This document shows positions 7,173-15,529 of a DNA stretch of 64,000 nucleotides, piece by piece. Below the pieces are notes generated by a model. The model saw nothing but the letters and a program-made list of their open reading frames with translations. It did not search any database and was not told the origin of the DNA. How positions within the stretch are numbered: the stretch's first letter is position 1; each line of letters opens with the position of its first letter. This DNA comes from a virus. The position numbers and the translations under genes were made by a program. The DNA lies in IMG/VR virus record IMGVR_UViG_3300032053_005312, positions 1 to 64,000 of that record. The stretch is one strand, 5' to 3'.

Positions 7173-7243
7173 GCAGATATGATGTAGTGGTAGCCTTCGA
7201 CTTTCCCAAAGTCGCTGTGTGAGTTCGATTCTCACTATCTGCT
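7173..7243 (+). tRNA. tRNA-Gly(CCC)
   Basis: CGACT-TTCCCAA-AGTCG; U73. Confidence 0.85.
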
Positions 7244-7254
7244 CTGTTCGATAT

Positions 7255-7393
7255 GCGTCTTTAGTGTAACTGTTAGAGCCGACCGACCTGAAAGGCCACC
7301 GGGCAACCGAGTTCTTCAGGCACGACAAGTGATAGCGGTTGAAGCACGTCGCCTGCGAAGGCGATAGTCTAGGTGCGAATCCTGGAAGACGCT
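7255..7393 (+). ncRNA. tRNA-like RNA with ~70-nt structured D-loop insertion and 6-nt anticodon loop
   Basis: GCGTCTT/AAGACGC-T; GTGT/GCAC D stem; insert closed by AACTGTTA/TAGCGGTT; TCGCC-TGCGAA-GGCGA. Confidence 0.7.
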
Positions 7394-7409
7394 CTTATAA
7401 TGCAAGTAT

Positions 7410-7480
7410 GGCCCATTCGTCTAATGGCAGGACGTAACCCTCTCACGGTTAAAACATGAGTTCGATTCTCATATGGGTCA
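7410..7480 (+). tRNA. tRNA-Glu(CTC)
   Basis: TAACC-CTCTCAC-GGTTA. Confidence 0.9.
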
Positions 7481-7482
7481 CT

Positions 7483-7544
7483 GTTGGTTGGGATTACATT
7501 CCATTATCAGGAGGAGGTCGCTGGTCCGATTCCAGCACCCGGCA
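7483..7544 (+). pseudogene. Fragment of tRNA-like / Y-like RNA
   Basis: GGATTACATT motif followed by a hairpin, T arm GCTGG-TCCGATT-CCAGC and acceptor 3' strand. Confidence 0.5.
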
Positions 7545-7546
7545 CT

Positions 7547-8428
7547 ATGATTTGCGTGTACTTAGTAAATGAAGAACCAGCTTATATTGGGATGTTGTCC
7601 CTCAGCCTTAAAATGCTGCGACAGCACAACCATAATGTGTCAGTTATTGTTTACTATATCCAAGACGGCAAAAGGGATTCACGAAATATCCCACTCACTG
7701 AGATAACGAGAGCCTTGAATAAGTTACCGAACGATTATGCGTCGTTCAGTAAACTCTGCGAAGAACTCAATGTCGAAATTCGAGTTCGCAAGCCAAAACA
7801 AGAAGAAGCATATTACTCACTGCATCGTTTGCTGTTGCAGGAGATCGAAGAAGAGACAGTGCTTCTGTTAGATGGCGACACCTTTATCTTCGGCAATATT
7901 GAGGAATTTCCTACGATATATGCTGGATACGATTTTGTCGCCACACCGAATTCTTGGGGCATGGTCAACCTGGTTCCTGGTTTAGACCCCAGCTTCAAGT
8001 CGTTCAACTCCGGCGTGGTGTTGTGTCAGAACGGCATATTCAAGCGTTGGATGAATACAATCGGCGATTACTGTCAGAGATTATATGACGGTCGCCACCC
8101 ACAGTCTGAATGGTTGTGGAGTGTAAGTTTAGAGTGTGCTGGCCGAGAAGAGTTAGCAGCGAGTTTGTTTGTTTTAGACAACGGTTTGAAGTACAGATAC
8201 TTCGAGGATCAGCATGTGCAAATGGGGAGTTACGATGGTAACGCCCGCATATTGCACACGCTAAGTCCTAGTTGGCATTCGTTGTACAACGAATGCTTCA
8301 AACCACAACGGCGAATGCTTTTTAAGCCACGCTTAAAAAATGATGCAGATGCCAGTCGTGAAGCAGATGATGATCTTGATTATCCACCAAAGGCCGATGG
8401 CAATACCGCCAACGCCCAAGCCGAATAA
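7547..8428 (+). CDS. Glycosyltransferase (GT8-like, GT-A fold)
   Basis: VLLLDGDTFI DxD motif; FNSGVVL. Confidence 0.7.
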   Translation: MICVYLVNEEPAYIGMLSLSLKMLRQHNHNVSVIVYYIQDGKRDSRNIPLTEITRALNKLPNDYASFSKLCEELNVEIRVRKPKQEEAYYSLHRLLLQEIEEETVLLLDGDTFIFGNIEEFPTIYAGYDFVATPNSWGMVNLVPGLDPSFKSFNSGVVLCQNGIFKRWMNTIGDYCQRLYDGRHPQSEWLWSVSLECAGREELAASLFVLDNGLKYRYFEDQHVQMGSYDGNARILHTLSPSWHSLYNECFKPQRRMLFKPRLKNDADASREADDDLDYPPKADGNTANAQAE

Positions 8429-8548
8429 CCAAGTTTTGAATGATTTAAGTTTAGAAATGAACTTGTCCTTGTCCATGTGTACCTCCTTGAATACGATAAG
8501 GTATATATGCAACAATTACGATGATTTTCAGGCTCTACTACAAGGCTA

Positions 8549-9358
8549 TTAAGAAGTGGTGTAGACAAATTCGCCAGTTGTGGGATTGTAGTAGCAAGGA
8601 TGGAACCCAGTCAATGCGGCAAAATTTGCGCCGCCAAGACGTACAGGTTTAACTGTGAATGTGTTGGCGTTGATTTGATTTAACTCAGCACCAGTAGCGT
8701 TTAATATAATTGAGTTGGCGGCTTGATTGGTATAACCAGCGTAAAAGCCAATGGCCACTGCTGAAGCACCTTGTGAGGTTAATCCAGCGTTGTAACCGAG
8801 TGCCACTGCGGTATTGCCTTGACTGGTTCTGCCAGCATTGAGACCAACTGCTACACTAAAAGCACCTTGTGTGGTTTGCCCAGCAGTGTAACCAATGGCC
8901 ACTGATTCGGTGCCTTGCGAGGTTAGACCAGCGTAAAAGCCAATGGCCACTGCGGATTCGCCTTGGTTTGTATTTCCAGCAACGACACCGACAGCCACTG
9001 CATTGGCACCTTGGCTGATATTTCCAGCACCACCACCAACAGCCACTCCATAAGCACCTTGATTTTGATTCCCGGCATTAACGCCAATAGCTACGGCAGC
9101 ACCGGCTTGATTGGTTTCGCCAGCAACGACACCAATTGCCACTGCATTAGTTCCTTGCGTGGTTAGACCAGCATTCGCACCAATGGCCACCGCACCCGAA
9201 CCTTGTGTGGTTTGCCCAGCAGTGTAACCAATGGCCACTGATTCGGTGCCTTGTGTGGTTAGACCAGCATTCGCACCAATTGCTATTTGTGTTGGCCCAC
9301 TGGCTCCATTTGTGTTGGCCACTGGCCAAGTTGATGTCCGACGAATAAGGCTTCCCAT
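8549..9358 (-). CDS. Trimeric-autotransporter-head-like repeat protein (possible fiber/adhesin)
   Basis: ~12 x 16-aa repeats of the type AIGxxAGxTxQGxxAV. Confidence 0.7.
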   Translation of the reverse strand: MGSLIRRTSTWPVANTNGASGPTQIAIGANAGLTTQGTESVAIGYTAGQTTQGSGAVAIGANAGLTTQGTNAVAIGVVAGETNQAGAAVAIGVNAGNQNQGAYGVAVGGGAGNISQGANAVAVGVVAGNTNQGESAVAIGFYAGLTSQGTESVAIGYTAGQTTQGAFSVAVGLNAGRTSQGNTAVALGYNAGLTSQGASAVAIGFYAGYTNQAANSIILNATGAELNQINANTFTVKPVRLGGANFAALTGFHPCYYNPTTGEFVYTTS

Positions 9359-9532
9359 AATACTCCTTTATTATTGTTTCTGATGGTAGAAATAATTACC
9401 ACTTCAGTGCTTTGTCTCATGGTATTTAGTAGAGTTTAATCAAAAAACTTCGAGGCCAATCAAAGTTTGATATTGTTTCTCAATGAAGCAACATGAAGCA
9501 ACATGAACAAATGCTAGTTGGGTTAGTGTTTT

Positions 9533-9603
9533 GCCTCATTGGTCTAATGGTATGACATTTCTTTCGTAAAGAAGTAGCGGGGGTTCAATTCCCTCATGAG
9601 GCT
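9533..9603 (+). tRNA. tRNA-Thr(CGT)
   Basis: TTTCT-TTCGTAA-AGAAG. Confidence 0.88.
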
Positions 9604-9611
9604 TTTTATAT

Positions 9612-9680
9612 TGCTATGGTGCTGGGACACAGTTGCCCCTCATAAGGGCGACATGGTGGGTTCGATTCCCACCTTAGCAA
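9612..9680 (+). tRNA. Atypical tRNA(CAT) (Met or Ile2)
   Basis: GTG-CTGGGA-CAC D arm with no linker; TTGCCC-CTCATAA-GGGCGA. Confidence 0.75.
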
Positions 9681-9683
9681 CTT

Positions 9684-9772
9684 GGTTCAAATGCCGACAG
9701 GATTACATTTATCGGGCGATGAGCCGAAAGGCCATCTTTCACAAAAAGTTTCTTGTCAATATTTGTTGAGCC
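9684..9772 (+). ncRNA. Bulged-helix ncRNA, putative Y RNA (Ro60 ligand)
   Basis: GGTTCAA/TTGAGCC stem, internal loop ATGCC / AATATTTG, GACAGGA/TCTTGTC stem; same module at 30221-30266. Confidence 0.6.
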
Positions 9773-9777
9773 ATTAT

Positions 9778-9849
9778 TGCCGGGTATTCGGTGTTGGTAT
9801 CCGTTCTCTGCCTCTGAAGCAGAAGGTCGTAGGATTCCTCCCCCGGCAG
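9778..9849 (+). pseudogene. tRNA-Gln(CTG) paralogue of 1296-1371 with damaged T arm
   Basis: 5' portion identical to 1296 copy except anticodon TTG->CTG; T arm deleted/degenerate. Confidence 0.75.
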
Positions 9850-9862
9850 CTTAAATAGATTC

Positions 9863-10495
9863 ATGAAATCACAATACAATGAAGAAGAAATCATTCTGAG
9901 ATATGCAGCCCAGCCTGCAAGGTTCCTGGAAATTGGCGCATATGATGGCGTATTTCTCAGCAATACTTATTGCTTATTGGAAAGAGGTTGGAAAGGCGTG
10001 ATGGTTGAGCCATCTCCTGAAGCCTTTTTGAAGTTGAGAGATAATCTCAAACAATTTCAAGACAATATTCAATTGGTGAATTGTGCCATAAGTAACAAAC
10101 ATGGATTAACGAAATTTTTTGAATGTGACGAGTCATCGACAAATTACATAAAGTCGGTTTCAACTGTGATGCCATCGCACGTTCAATGGTGGGGTTCACA
10201 GAACTCATACCCTAAACCACGGTTTAGAGAATTTCATGTAGCAACTGTTCCTTTGATTGATGTTTTGAATCAATTTGGATATGACTTTGGCTTCGTGAAT
10301 ATCGACGTAGAATCGGCCAATCAAATGGTATTGAGTCAATTGCCGATTTCCAAGATGCCAACTTTGCAGTTGGTTTGCGTAGAGAAAGATCACCACAGCG
10401 ACAGATATGATAAGTACCTGCCAGGGTTTGAGTTGGCTGGAGAGACGCCTGCAAACTTGATATATTCCCGCAAAAAACGTAAGCTGTTTCTGTGA
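9863..10495 (+). CDS. FkbM-family methyltransferase
   Basis: FLEIGAYDG..SNT..GWKGVMVEP; NIDVE. Confidence 0.85.
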   Translation: MKSQYNEEEIILRYAAQPARFLEIGAYDGVFLSNTYCLLERGWKGVMVEPSPEAFLKLRDNLKQFQDNIQLVNCAISNKHGLTKFFECDESSTNYIKSVSTVMPSHVQWWGSQNSYPKPRFREFHVATVPLIDVLNQFGYDFGFVNIDVESANQMVLSQLPISKMPTLQLVCVEKDHHSDRYDKYLPGFELAGETPANLIYSRKKRKLFL

Positions 10496-10515
10496 TTTCA
10501 TACTATAAATAGCTT

Positions 10516-11121
10516 ATGTTAAAATACCATTTTTCCATTAACATGGATTTATTCTGGCAAGACTTGGTTAGTCGAATTGTTCAATTGGGACATGATCGAG
10601 ATCAAGTTGTGCATGGCTCAATGCCTGAAAAAACATTAAGTCGTTTGTCTAGCATCTTGTCGGGAAATGGATTGCAAATCGGTGGGTTCGTTGGCGTGAG
10701 TCATTGCTATTTGGCGGCATCACTGCGAGGCAAGGGTTCCATATGTACTATCGACCCTAACTTGACCCATCGGGGGATTCAGAATCCCTTTCTAGTTGCA
10801 TCCAAGATGGCTTCTGAGTTCAAGTTATCGAAAAACTCAATGCTGATATGCGGATACAGTCTCGAACAGATGCGTTTATTTGCGGTTATGGGAGTAAAAT
10901 TTGATTTCATCATTTTAGATGGCAATCATGACTTCCAGACGGTGATTGACGAGATCGAATGTGCCACGCCGATATTGAAATCAGGTGGATATTTGGTCTT
11001 GGATGACATTGACAATTGGGATGGTCCAAAAAAGGTTTACAACAGCGTTCCAGCAGGGTATAATCGGGTCGAACTGGATTCGAGGGCTGGACTTTTGCAG
11101 AAAATGGAGAAAATGGGGTAA
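10516..11121 (+). CDS. Class I SAM methyltransferase (Methyltransf_24-like)
   Basis: FDFIILDGNH; LKSGGYLVLDD. Confidence 0.8.
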   Translation: MLKYHFSINMDLFWQDLVSRIVQLGHDRDQVVHGSMPEKTLSRLSSILSGNGLQIGGFVGVSHCYLAASLRGKGSICTIDPNLTHRGIQNPFLVASKMASEFKLSKNSMLICGYSLEQMRLFAVMGVKFDFIILDGNHDFQTVIDEIECATPILKSGGYLVLDDIDNWDGPKKVYNSVPAGYNRVELDSRAGLLQKMEKMG

Positions 11122-11197
11122 ATGCGTCAGAGCATCCTTTGAGAAGTGAAGAGAGTCTTGCTGTACTTTCGCAGCACTTTTTTCAAAGGAGATTCAG

Positions 11198-11557
11198 ATG
11201 AAGATTTACCAAGTTGGACCAGACGTTCCTTACGATTTGCCTGGGGAGGACGACCAGCAGTTCGAGTGGGTAGTGTTCTGGTATGAGGACGGTGGATACG
11301 ATGGTTCGGGTGAAGCAGTTGGACTGTGCAAGGATGACGGACTGCTTTACATCAAGGACTTGGGACACTGTTCTTGCTATGGGCCAATGGACGGCGGGTT
11401 GGAATCCGGCGACAAGTTAACCGTAGAGAAGTTTTTGGAAGATAAGGACGACATTCATTCCTATGATGCACGGAAGGAAATCAAGGATAAGGTGTCGGAA
11501 TTGCTACCTTCGTGGAAGGCTCCGGTCTTTCTCGAAAAGTTCAACTTCCTTAACTGA
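11198..11557 (+). CDS. Conserved phage hypothetical protein
   Basis: RBS GGAG; YEDGGYDGSG..GHCSCYGP. Confidence 0.65.
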   Translation: MKIYQVGPDVPYDLPGEDDQQFEWVVFWYEDGGYDGSGEAVGLCKDDGLLYIKDLGHCSCYGPMDGGLESGDKLTVEKFLEDKDDIHSYDARKEIKDKVSELLPSWKAPVFLEKFNFLN

Positions 11558-11598
11558 AATTTTGGGACATTTTTTGTAGGTTCAAACTCTATTAGGGA

Positions 11599-11976
11599 AT
11601 GAACCTACAAAAATGCGTCTCGTGCGGACAAGAGTTTCCTCCTGAAAGTTTTCCTGCGGCTGGCACTGTCAACGGTAAATTTTACAGGAGGCGAAAATGT
11701 CAGGCTTGTTATATTGCAGTAAAGCGTAATCGTCGTCATAAATTACAAGAGTGGCTGGAGCTATATAAGTCTAGCTGTTCTTGTGAGCAGTGCGGCGAGT
11801 CCGATTTTCGTGTGTTGGACTTCCATCATCCGAATGGCGACAAAGAATTTGAAGTTGCCAATATGGTTAATGGGTTTTCGACAGAACGAATCTTGAGTGA
11901 AATCAAGAAGTGTAAGTGTTGGTGCGTTAAGTGCCATCGCATCTTCCACTATGAAGAAAGAAACAACAGGGTGTAG
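11599..11976 (+). CDS. HNH homing endonuclease
   Basis: CEQCGE..LDFHH..KCKCWCVKCHRIFH. Confidence 0.85.
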   Translation: MNLQKCVSCGQEFPPESFPAAGTVNGKFYRRRKCQACYIAVKRNRRHKLQEWLELYKSSCSCEQCGESDFRVLDFHHPNGDKEFEVANMVNGFSTERILSEIKKCKCWCVKCHRIFHYEERNNRV

Positions 11977-12040
11977 CTCAGTCTGGTAGAGCGCTTGCTT
12001 TGGGAGCAAGAAGTCGCATGTTCAACTCATGTCACCCTGA
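11967..12040 (+). tRNA. tRNA-Pro(TGG)
   Basis: CTTGC-TTTGGGA-GCAAG. Confidence 0.92.
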
Positions 12041-12043
12041 CTT

Positions 12044-12137
12044 TCGCCTAAGACAACCAGTGCTGGTCTTGGATGACGTAAAATGCTGAAATTCTGCGGG
12101 GACTGATAAGGAAAACTAAAGAAGCTGGTCGAGGCGA
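12044..12137 (+). ncRNA. Structured ncRNA candidate
   Basis: TCGCCT/AGGCGA and CCAGT/GCTGG closing helices in an intergenic gap. Confidence 0.4.
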
Positions 12138-12143
12138 TCTATC

Positions 12144-12413
12144 ATGAAGTTCAAACGTCGTAAAACCGACAAGGGATTCCTGTATATCTTCTGGTGTCCA
12201 GGTTGTCTAACAAACCATACATTTGATGTGCGGGATGGCGAATGGGAATTCGATGGTGATTGGGAAAATCCAACTTTCTCACCATCATTGAATCTCATTC
12301 CTCAAGGCGGTCGATGCCACTTGTTTGTCAAGAAAGGCATCATTGAGTTCTTAGGCGATTGCAAGCATCATTTGTGCAATCAAAATGTACCAATGGTGGA
12401 ATTGCCTGAATAA
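12144..12413 (+). CDS. DUF6527-like metal-binding protein
   Basis: CPGC..H..W.FDGD.ENPTFSPS..CH.FV..G.IEFLGDC.H. Confidence 0.7.
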   Translation: MKFKRRKTDKGFLYIFWCPGCLTNHTFDVRDGEWEFDGDWENPTFSPSLNLIPQGGRCHLFVKKGIIEFLGDCKHHLCNQNVPMVELPE

Positions 12414-12414
12414 T

Positions 12415-12487
12415 GGGGTCGTAGCTCAGTTGGGAGAGCGTTTCGCTGGCAGCGAAGAGGTCAGGGGTTCAACTCCCCTCGGCTCCA
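12415..12487 (+). tRNA. tRNA-Ala(GGC)
   Basis: Canonical; G3:U70. Confidence 0.95.
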
Positions 12488-12490
12488 CTA

Positions 12491-12706
12491 CCTCTGGTTG
12501 TTTTACGACCGGAAGGCTGAATCAACAGTGTATCGGTCGTATTACGACTGATGGGGTTTCGGATCAGACCGGCTTTGGATTAAGCTAACCCGCAGGGCGT
12601 AGCCTCGTGCAACATCTGTCCCGGCAAAACCGTTCTTCGGGTGCCTAGCGAGGGCTGTAGTGAGTGTCAGTCACCCACCCTGGGGAATCAACGAGTTGTT
12701 CCGAAT
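12491..12706 (+). ncRNA. ~215-nt structured ncRNA candidate between tRNAs
   Basis: Two related hairpins (TCTGGTTGT/ACGACCGGA, ATCGGTCGT/ACGACTGAT); domain closed by TTCGGA/TCCGAA. Confidence 0.5.
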
Positions 12707-12712
12707 TTTTAT

Positions 12713-12783
12713 GGTCGATTGGTGAAACGGTATCACGCTACTTTGACGTAGTAGACTCAGAAGTTCGACTCTTCTATCGACCA
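12713..12783 (+). tRNA. tRNA-Val(GAC)
   Basis: CTACT-TTGACGT-AGTAG. Confidence 0.88.
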
Positions 12784-12788
12784 CTATC

Positions 12789-13127
12789 TTGAACACGACA
12801 TGGCTACTCACAATTCCAGCATTCATCGTCTTCTGTGCCGGTGCTTATTGCACATATACTAAAGGCATCCGGGAGTCGTGGGTGTATTTGCCTGCCTATA
12901 TTGGCCTGTCGCTCATTTCTTCGTTTATTTGGGTTGTCGTCGCTCGCCGACTTGACACGACAAATAACCTTCTCTTGTTCTCTTTGGTTTGGGATGTATT
13001 GATGGTCTTGGCGTATTACGCTGGACCTCTCATCTTCAAAGGCGAGAACCTAAGCTGGCAGGCTTATGCCGCCGCCGCCCTAACCGTAACCGGCATATGT
13101 TGGTTCAAAATCGCCACGGGCGATTAG
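12789..13127 (+). CDS. Small 4-TM membrane protein (SMR/EamA-like)
   Basis: Four hydrophobic segments in ~110 aa. Confidence 0.55.
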   Translation: MNTTWLLTIPAFIVFCAGAYCTYTKGIRESWVYLPAYIGLSLISSFIWVVVARRLDTTNNLLLFSLVWDVLMVLAYYAGPLIFKGENLSWQAYAAAALTVTGICWFKIATGD

Positions 13128-13158
13128 TTTGTAATTGTCACCATCAAAGGATTCTGGT

Positions 13159-13431
13159 ATGAATACCGCTGACAAATGCGAAGCCGTCATTCGACGTATC
13201 GTTGAACTGGCGAATGCAGGGAAGCCTGTTACATTTGAAGAAGATTGGGGAGGCAATTCGTTGACCATTAACGTGGGGTCAGGACACACCCATGTCGGTT
13301 ACGACGATGCTCCATTTGATCTTCTTGTCGATAATCTCTACAATACGCTTCACGGCGGTCCAGGTTTGTCTTGGGCCGGTCCTGGCCCTGACGATGAAGC
13401 TAATCCAAATCCCGGCCAAGTAGTTTCTTAG
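13159..13431 (+). CDS. Hypothetical protein
   Basis: RBS AAGGA + ATG. Confidence 0.55.
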   Translation: MNTADKCEAVIRRIVELANAGKPVTFEEDWGGNSLTINVGSGHTHVGYDDAPFDLLVDNLYNTLHGGPGLSWAGPGPDDEANPNPGQVVS

Positions 13432-13439
13432 GTGACAAA

Positions 13440-13772
13440 ATGCTTCCTGGCAATATTGATATTCAAAGAATGATCCGCAGGGAAGCGGCAAAAGGAATGG
13501 CGGTAGCCGAGTTGGAATATCTCGGTCTGTCTATGCGAGTCATCAATACACTCGAAGAGAAGGTCGGCATTGTCTATATCAAACAATTGATCGACAAAAC
13601 CGAACAAGAGCTTCTCGATATTAAGCAACTCGGATCAGGCGCAGTAAAACAAATCATTGCGGCTTTGAAACGATTTCCAGAGCTTGAAAGCGAGCGGAAG
13701 CGTTGGCATACTGGCTCGGAACGAACTGAGTATTACAAGACCCGAATCAATATAAGTGCCATTTTTGCGTGA
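13440..13772 (+). CDS. Standalone RNA polymerase alpha C-terminal domain-like protein
   Basis: LGLSMRVINTLE..GIVYIKQL..TEQELLDIKQLG..AVKQI matches the alpha-CTD pattern. Confidence 0.75.
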   Translation: MLPGNIDIQRMIRREAAKGMAVAELEYLGLSMRVINTLEEKVGIVYIKQLIDKTEQELLDIKQLGSGAVKQIIAALKRFPELESERKRWHTGSERTEYYKTRINISAIFA

Positions 13773-13782
13773 AGGGCAAATC

Positions 13783-14199
13783 ATGAAGTTATACTTGACC
13801 GTTGGTGGCGAAATCTGTGCTGGTCAAGAAAACGATGAGTCACACGAAGACGAACACATTGAGTGGAGACTGCGTGAATGCAGGAACACTCGTGACTTTC
13901 GAGTGGCGGTATGGTATCAAGAACAAATAGAGATTGATTTTTCAGCTAATGTCGGCTCTACTGTGTGGGTCGTTTATGTTCGTTATGGAACCGGAGACAG
14001 CTTCGGCCACACAAACGGTATTCTTGGCGTTTACGAACACCAGGGTCAGGCTGAAAAAGTCAAGCAGTCTGTGTATGACGACACTTACGAAAATTACAAA
14101 TTTTGGCAAGGTTACTTTGAAAACTTTGAATCATGCGAAGTAGAAAGCATGGTTGTTCAAGGCAACCCTTTGTGGGACGTAGTTAAGCTGGATCGCTAA
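13783..14199 (+). CDS. Hypothetical protein
   Basis: ORF in operon; YGTGDSFG motif. Confidence 0.55.
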   Translation: MKLYLTVGGEICAGQENDESHEDEHIEWRLRECRNTRDFRVAVWYQEQIEIDFSANVGSTVWVVYVRYGTGDSFGHTNGILGVYEHQGQAEKVKQSVYDDTYENYKFWQGYFENFESCEVESMVVQGNPLWDVVKLDR

Positions 14200-14200
14200 C

Positions 14201-15046
14201 ATGGCAGTCAATCTTGGTCCCCTTGGTCCCCTTGGTCCCCTCGGTCCCTCTGGCCATCCAGGTTTACTTGGTCCTGTTGGAGTTGATCCAAGTTGGTATC
14301 AACCTTGCGGTGGGGCCGAAGATGGCGGTTTCACAATTCGCATTTGCCCGCCGCTGAAGGGAAAGAAGTTTTGTCTGCGAACTCGCAATCATCGAGTTGG
14401 CAATAAAACATTTCAATGTCACAAAGAAGTCGTTGACAATAAGTGGCAAGGCGAATGTGCCATTTGCGATCAATACAATGCCTTTTGGCTGCTGTTTTAC
14501 GGGGGCTGGTATCAAGAACAAATCTTGTCACTAACTCGCCAGCCTCGTTTTTTTCCAGGCAGCATTGAAGACTTCAGGCGTGAAGTCAATATGATTAAGC
14601 CTAACGAGCGATATTACTTCAACATTATCGTTCGTGACGAAGAAGAACGTGGCGTTGTTAAATGGTCCTGTGGCAAGACCATATATACCAAAATCCTTGA
14701 AGGCATTGTGGGAAACGAAAGTAACCCAAATGTGCCTCGGCTTGGTGATATAACCGATCCTAAAAAGGGATATGATCTGCATATCCGAAAGATTGTAAAG
14801 AATGGCGGTGGCTCTCACGGGTGGCCCGATTATTCTGCTTCTCAGTTCTTGCCATCTACTCCGCTGGGCAAACCTAAACAAATCAAATTGTGGTTATCGC
14901 AATTGCATGATTTGTCTGCTTTGCGTATATTGTCTTCTAAGGAGAGCATGGAATCTGCTCTCGAAGACGTGTTTGGGTATCTCGGTGCTGTGAACCCAAA
15001 ACAAAAATATCGCTCTCTGACTGACCCATTTGAACCAGCGTGGTAA
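14201..15046 (+). CDS. T4 gp32-like ssDNA-binding protein
   Basis: H..C..CAIC Zn site; ERYYFNIIV; DITDPKKGYDL; WPDYS.SQF. Confidence 0.7.
   Translation: MAVNLGPLGPLGPLGPSGHPGLLGPVGVDPSWYQPCGGAEDGGFTIRICPPLKGKKFCLRTRNHRVGNKTFQCHKEVVDNKWQGECAICDQYNAFWLLFYGGWYQEQILSLTRQPRFFPGSIEDFRREVNMIKPNERYYFNIIVRDEEERGVVKWSCGKTIYTKILEGIVGNESNPNVPRLGDITDPKKGYDLHIRKIVKNGGGSHGWPDYSASQFLPSTPLGKPKQIKLWLSQLHDLSALRILSSKESMESALEDVFGYLGAVNPKQKYRSLTDPFEPAW
14213..14248 (+). repeat. 9-bp tandem repeat (CTTGGTCCC)x4, encodes LGP repeats
   Basis: Seen directly. Confidence 0.85.
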
Positions 15047-15056
15047 TAGATAACAT

Positions 15057-15470
15057 ATGCTCCCTAGCAAGCTAAAACTCTTTTTTGATGGGTCATGCGA
15101 GCCAAAGAACCCCGGTGGAATAGCTGGGTATGGATGGCGTCTAGTTGACATGGATGGCAACGAGGTCGGGACAGACCGTGGTGAGGTCTGCCGGGGTCCG
15201 GGAGCAACAAACAATATCGCAGAATGGGCAGGCGTAACGAATGGATTGCGTTACCTAAAAGAAAAAGAATGGCAAGGCACGCTGGAAATATTCGGCGACT
15301 CTCAACTTGTCATTCGACAATTACTTGGTGAATACAAGGTTCGCAAAGATACCTTAATCCCTTATCACCAAGAGTGCATGGGTCTTTTGAAAGACCTTCA
15401 GTGGAAGGCAACCTGGATTCCACGGGAACAAAACGAAGAATGCGACAGACTTTCTAAACATGGAGATTGA
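15057..15470 (+). CDS. rnhA: Ribonuclease HI
   Basis: FFDGSC..NPG; TNNIAEW; GDSQLV; WIPREQN..D.LS. Confidence 0.9.
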   Translation: MLPSKLKLFFDGSCEPKNPGGIAGYGWRLVDMDGNEVGTDRGEVCRGPGATNNIAEWAGVTNGLRYLKEKEWQGTLEIFGDSQLVIRQLLGEYKVRKDTLIPYHQECMGLLKDLQWKATWIPREQNEECDRLSKHGD

Positions 15471-15529
15471 TCGAGCTATATCCTTCCCATATAATTTGAT
15501 ATTCCAGCTTCAAATATGGGGAGATCAAT

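Noticed and set aside
9700-9740. Hammerhead ribozyme (GATGAG..GAAA)
   Set aside because: The CTGATGA core and cleavage triplet are absent; the sequence is better explained as the apical hairpin of the 9684-9772 RNA.
12060-12110. Pistol ribozyme-like stem plus TAAAAT
   Set aside because: No partner sequence for the required loop pseudoknot.
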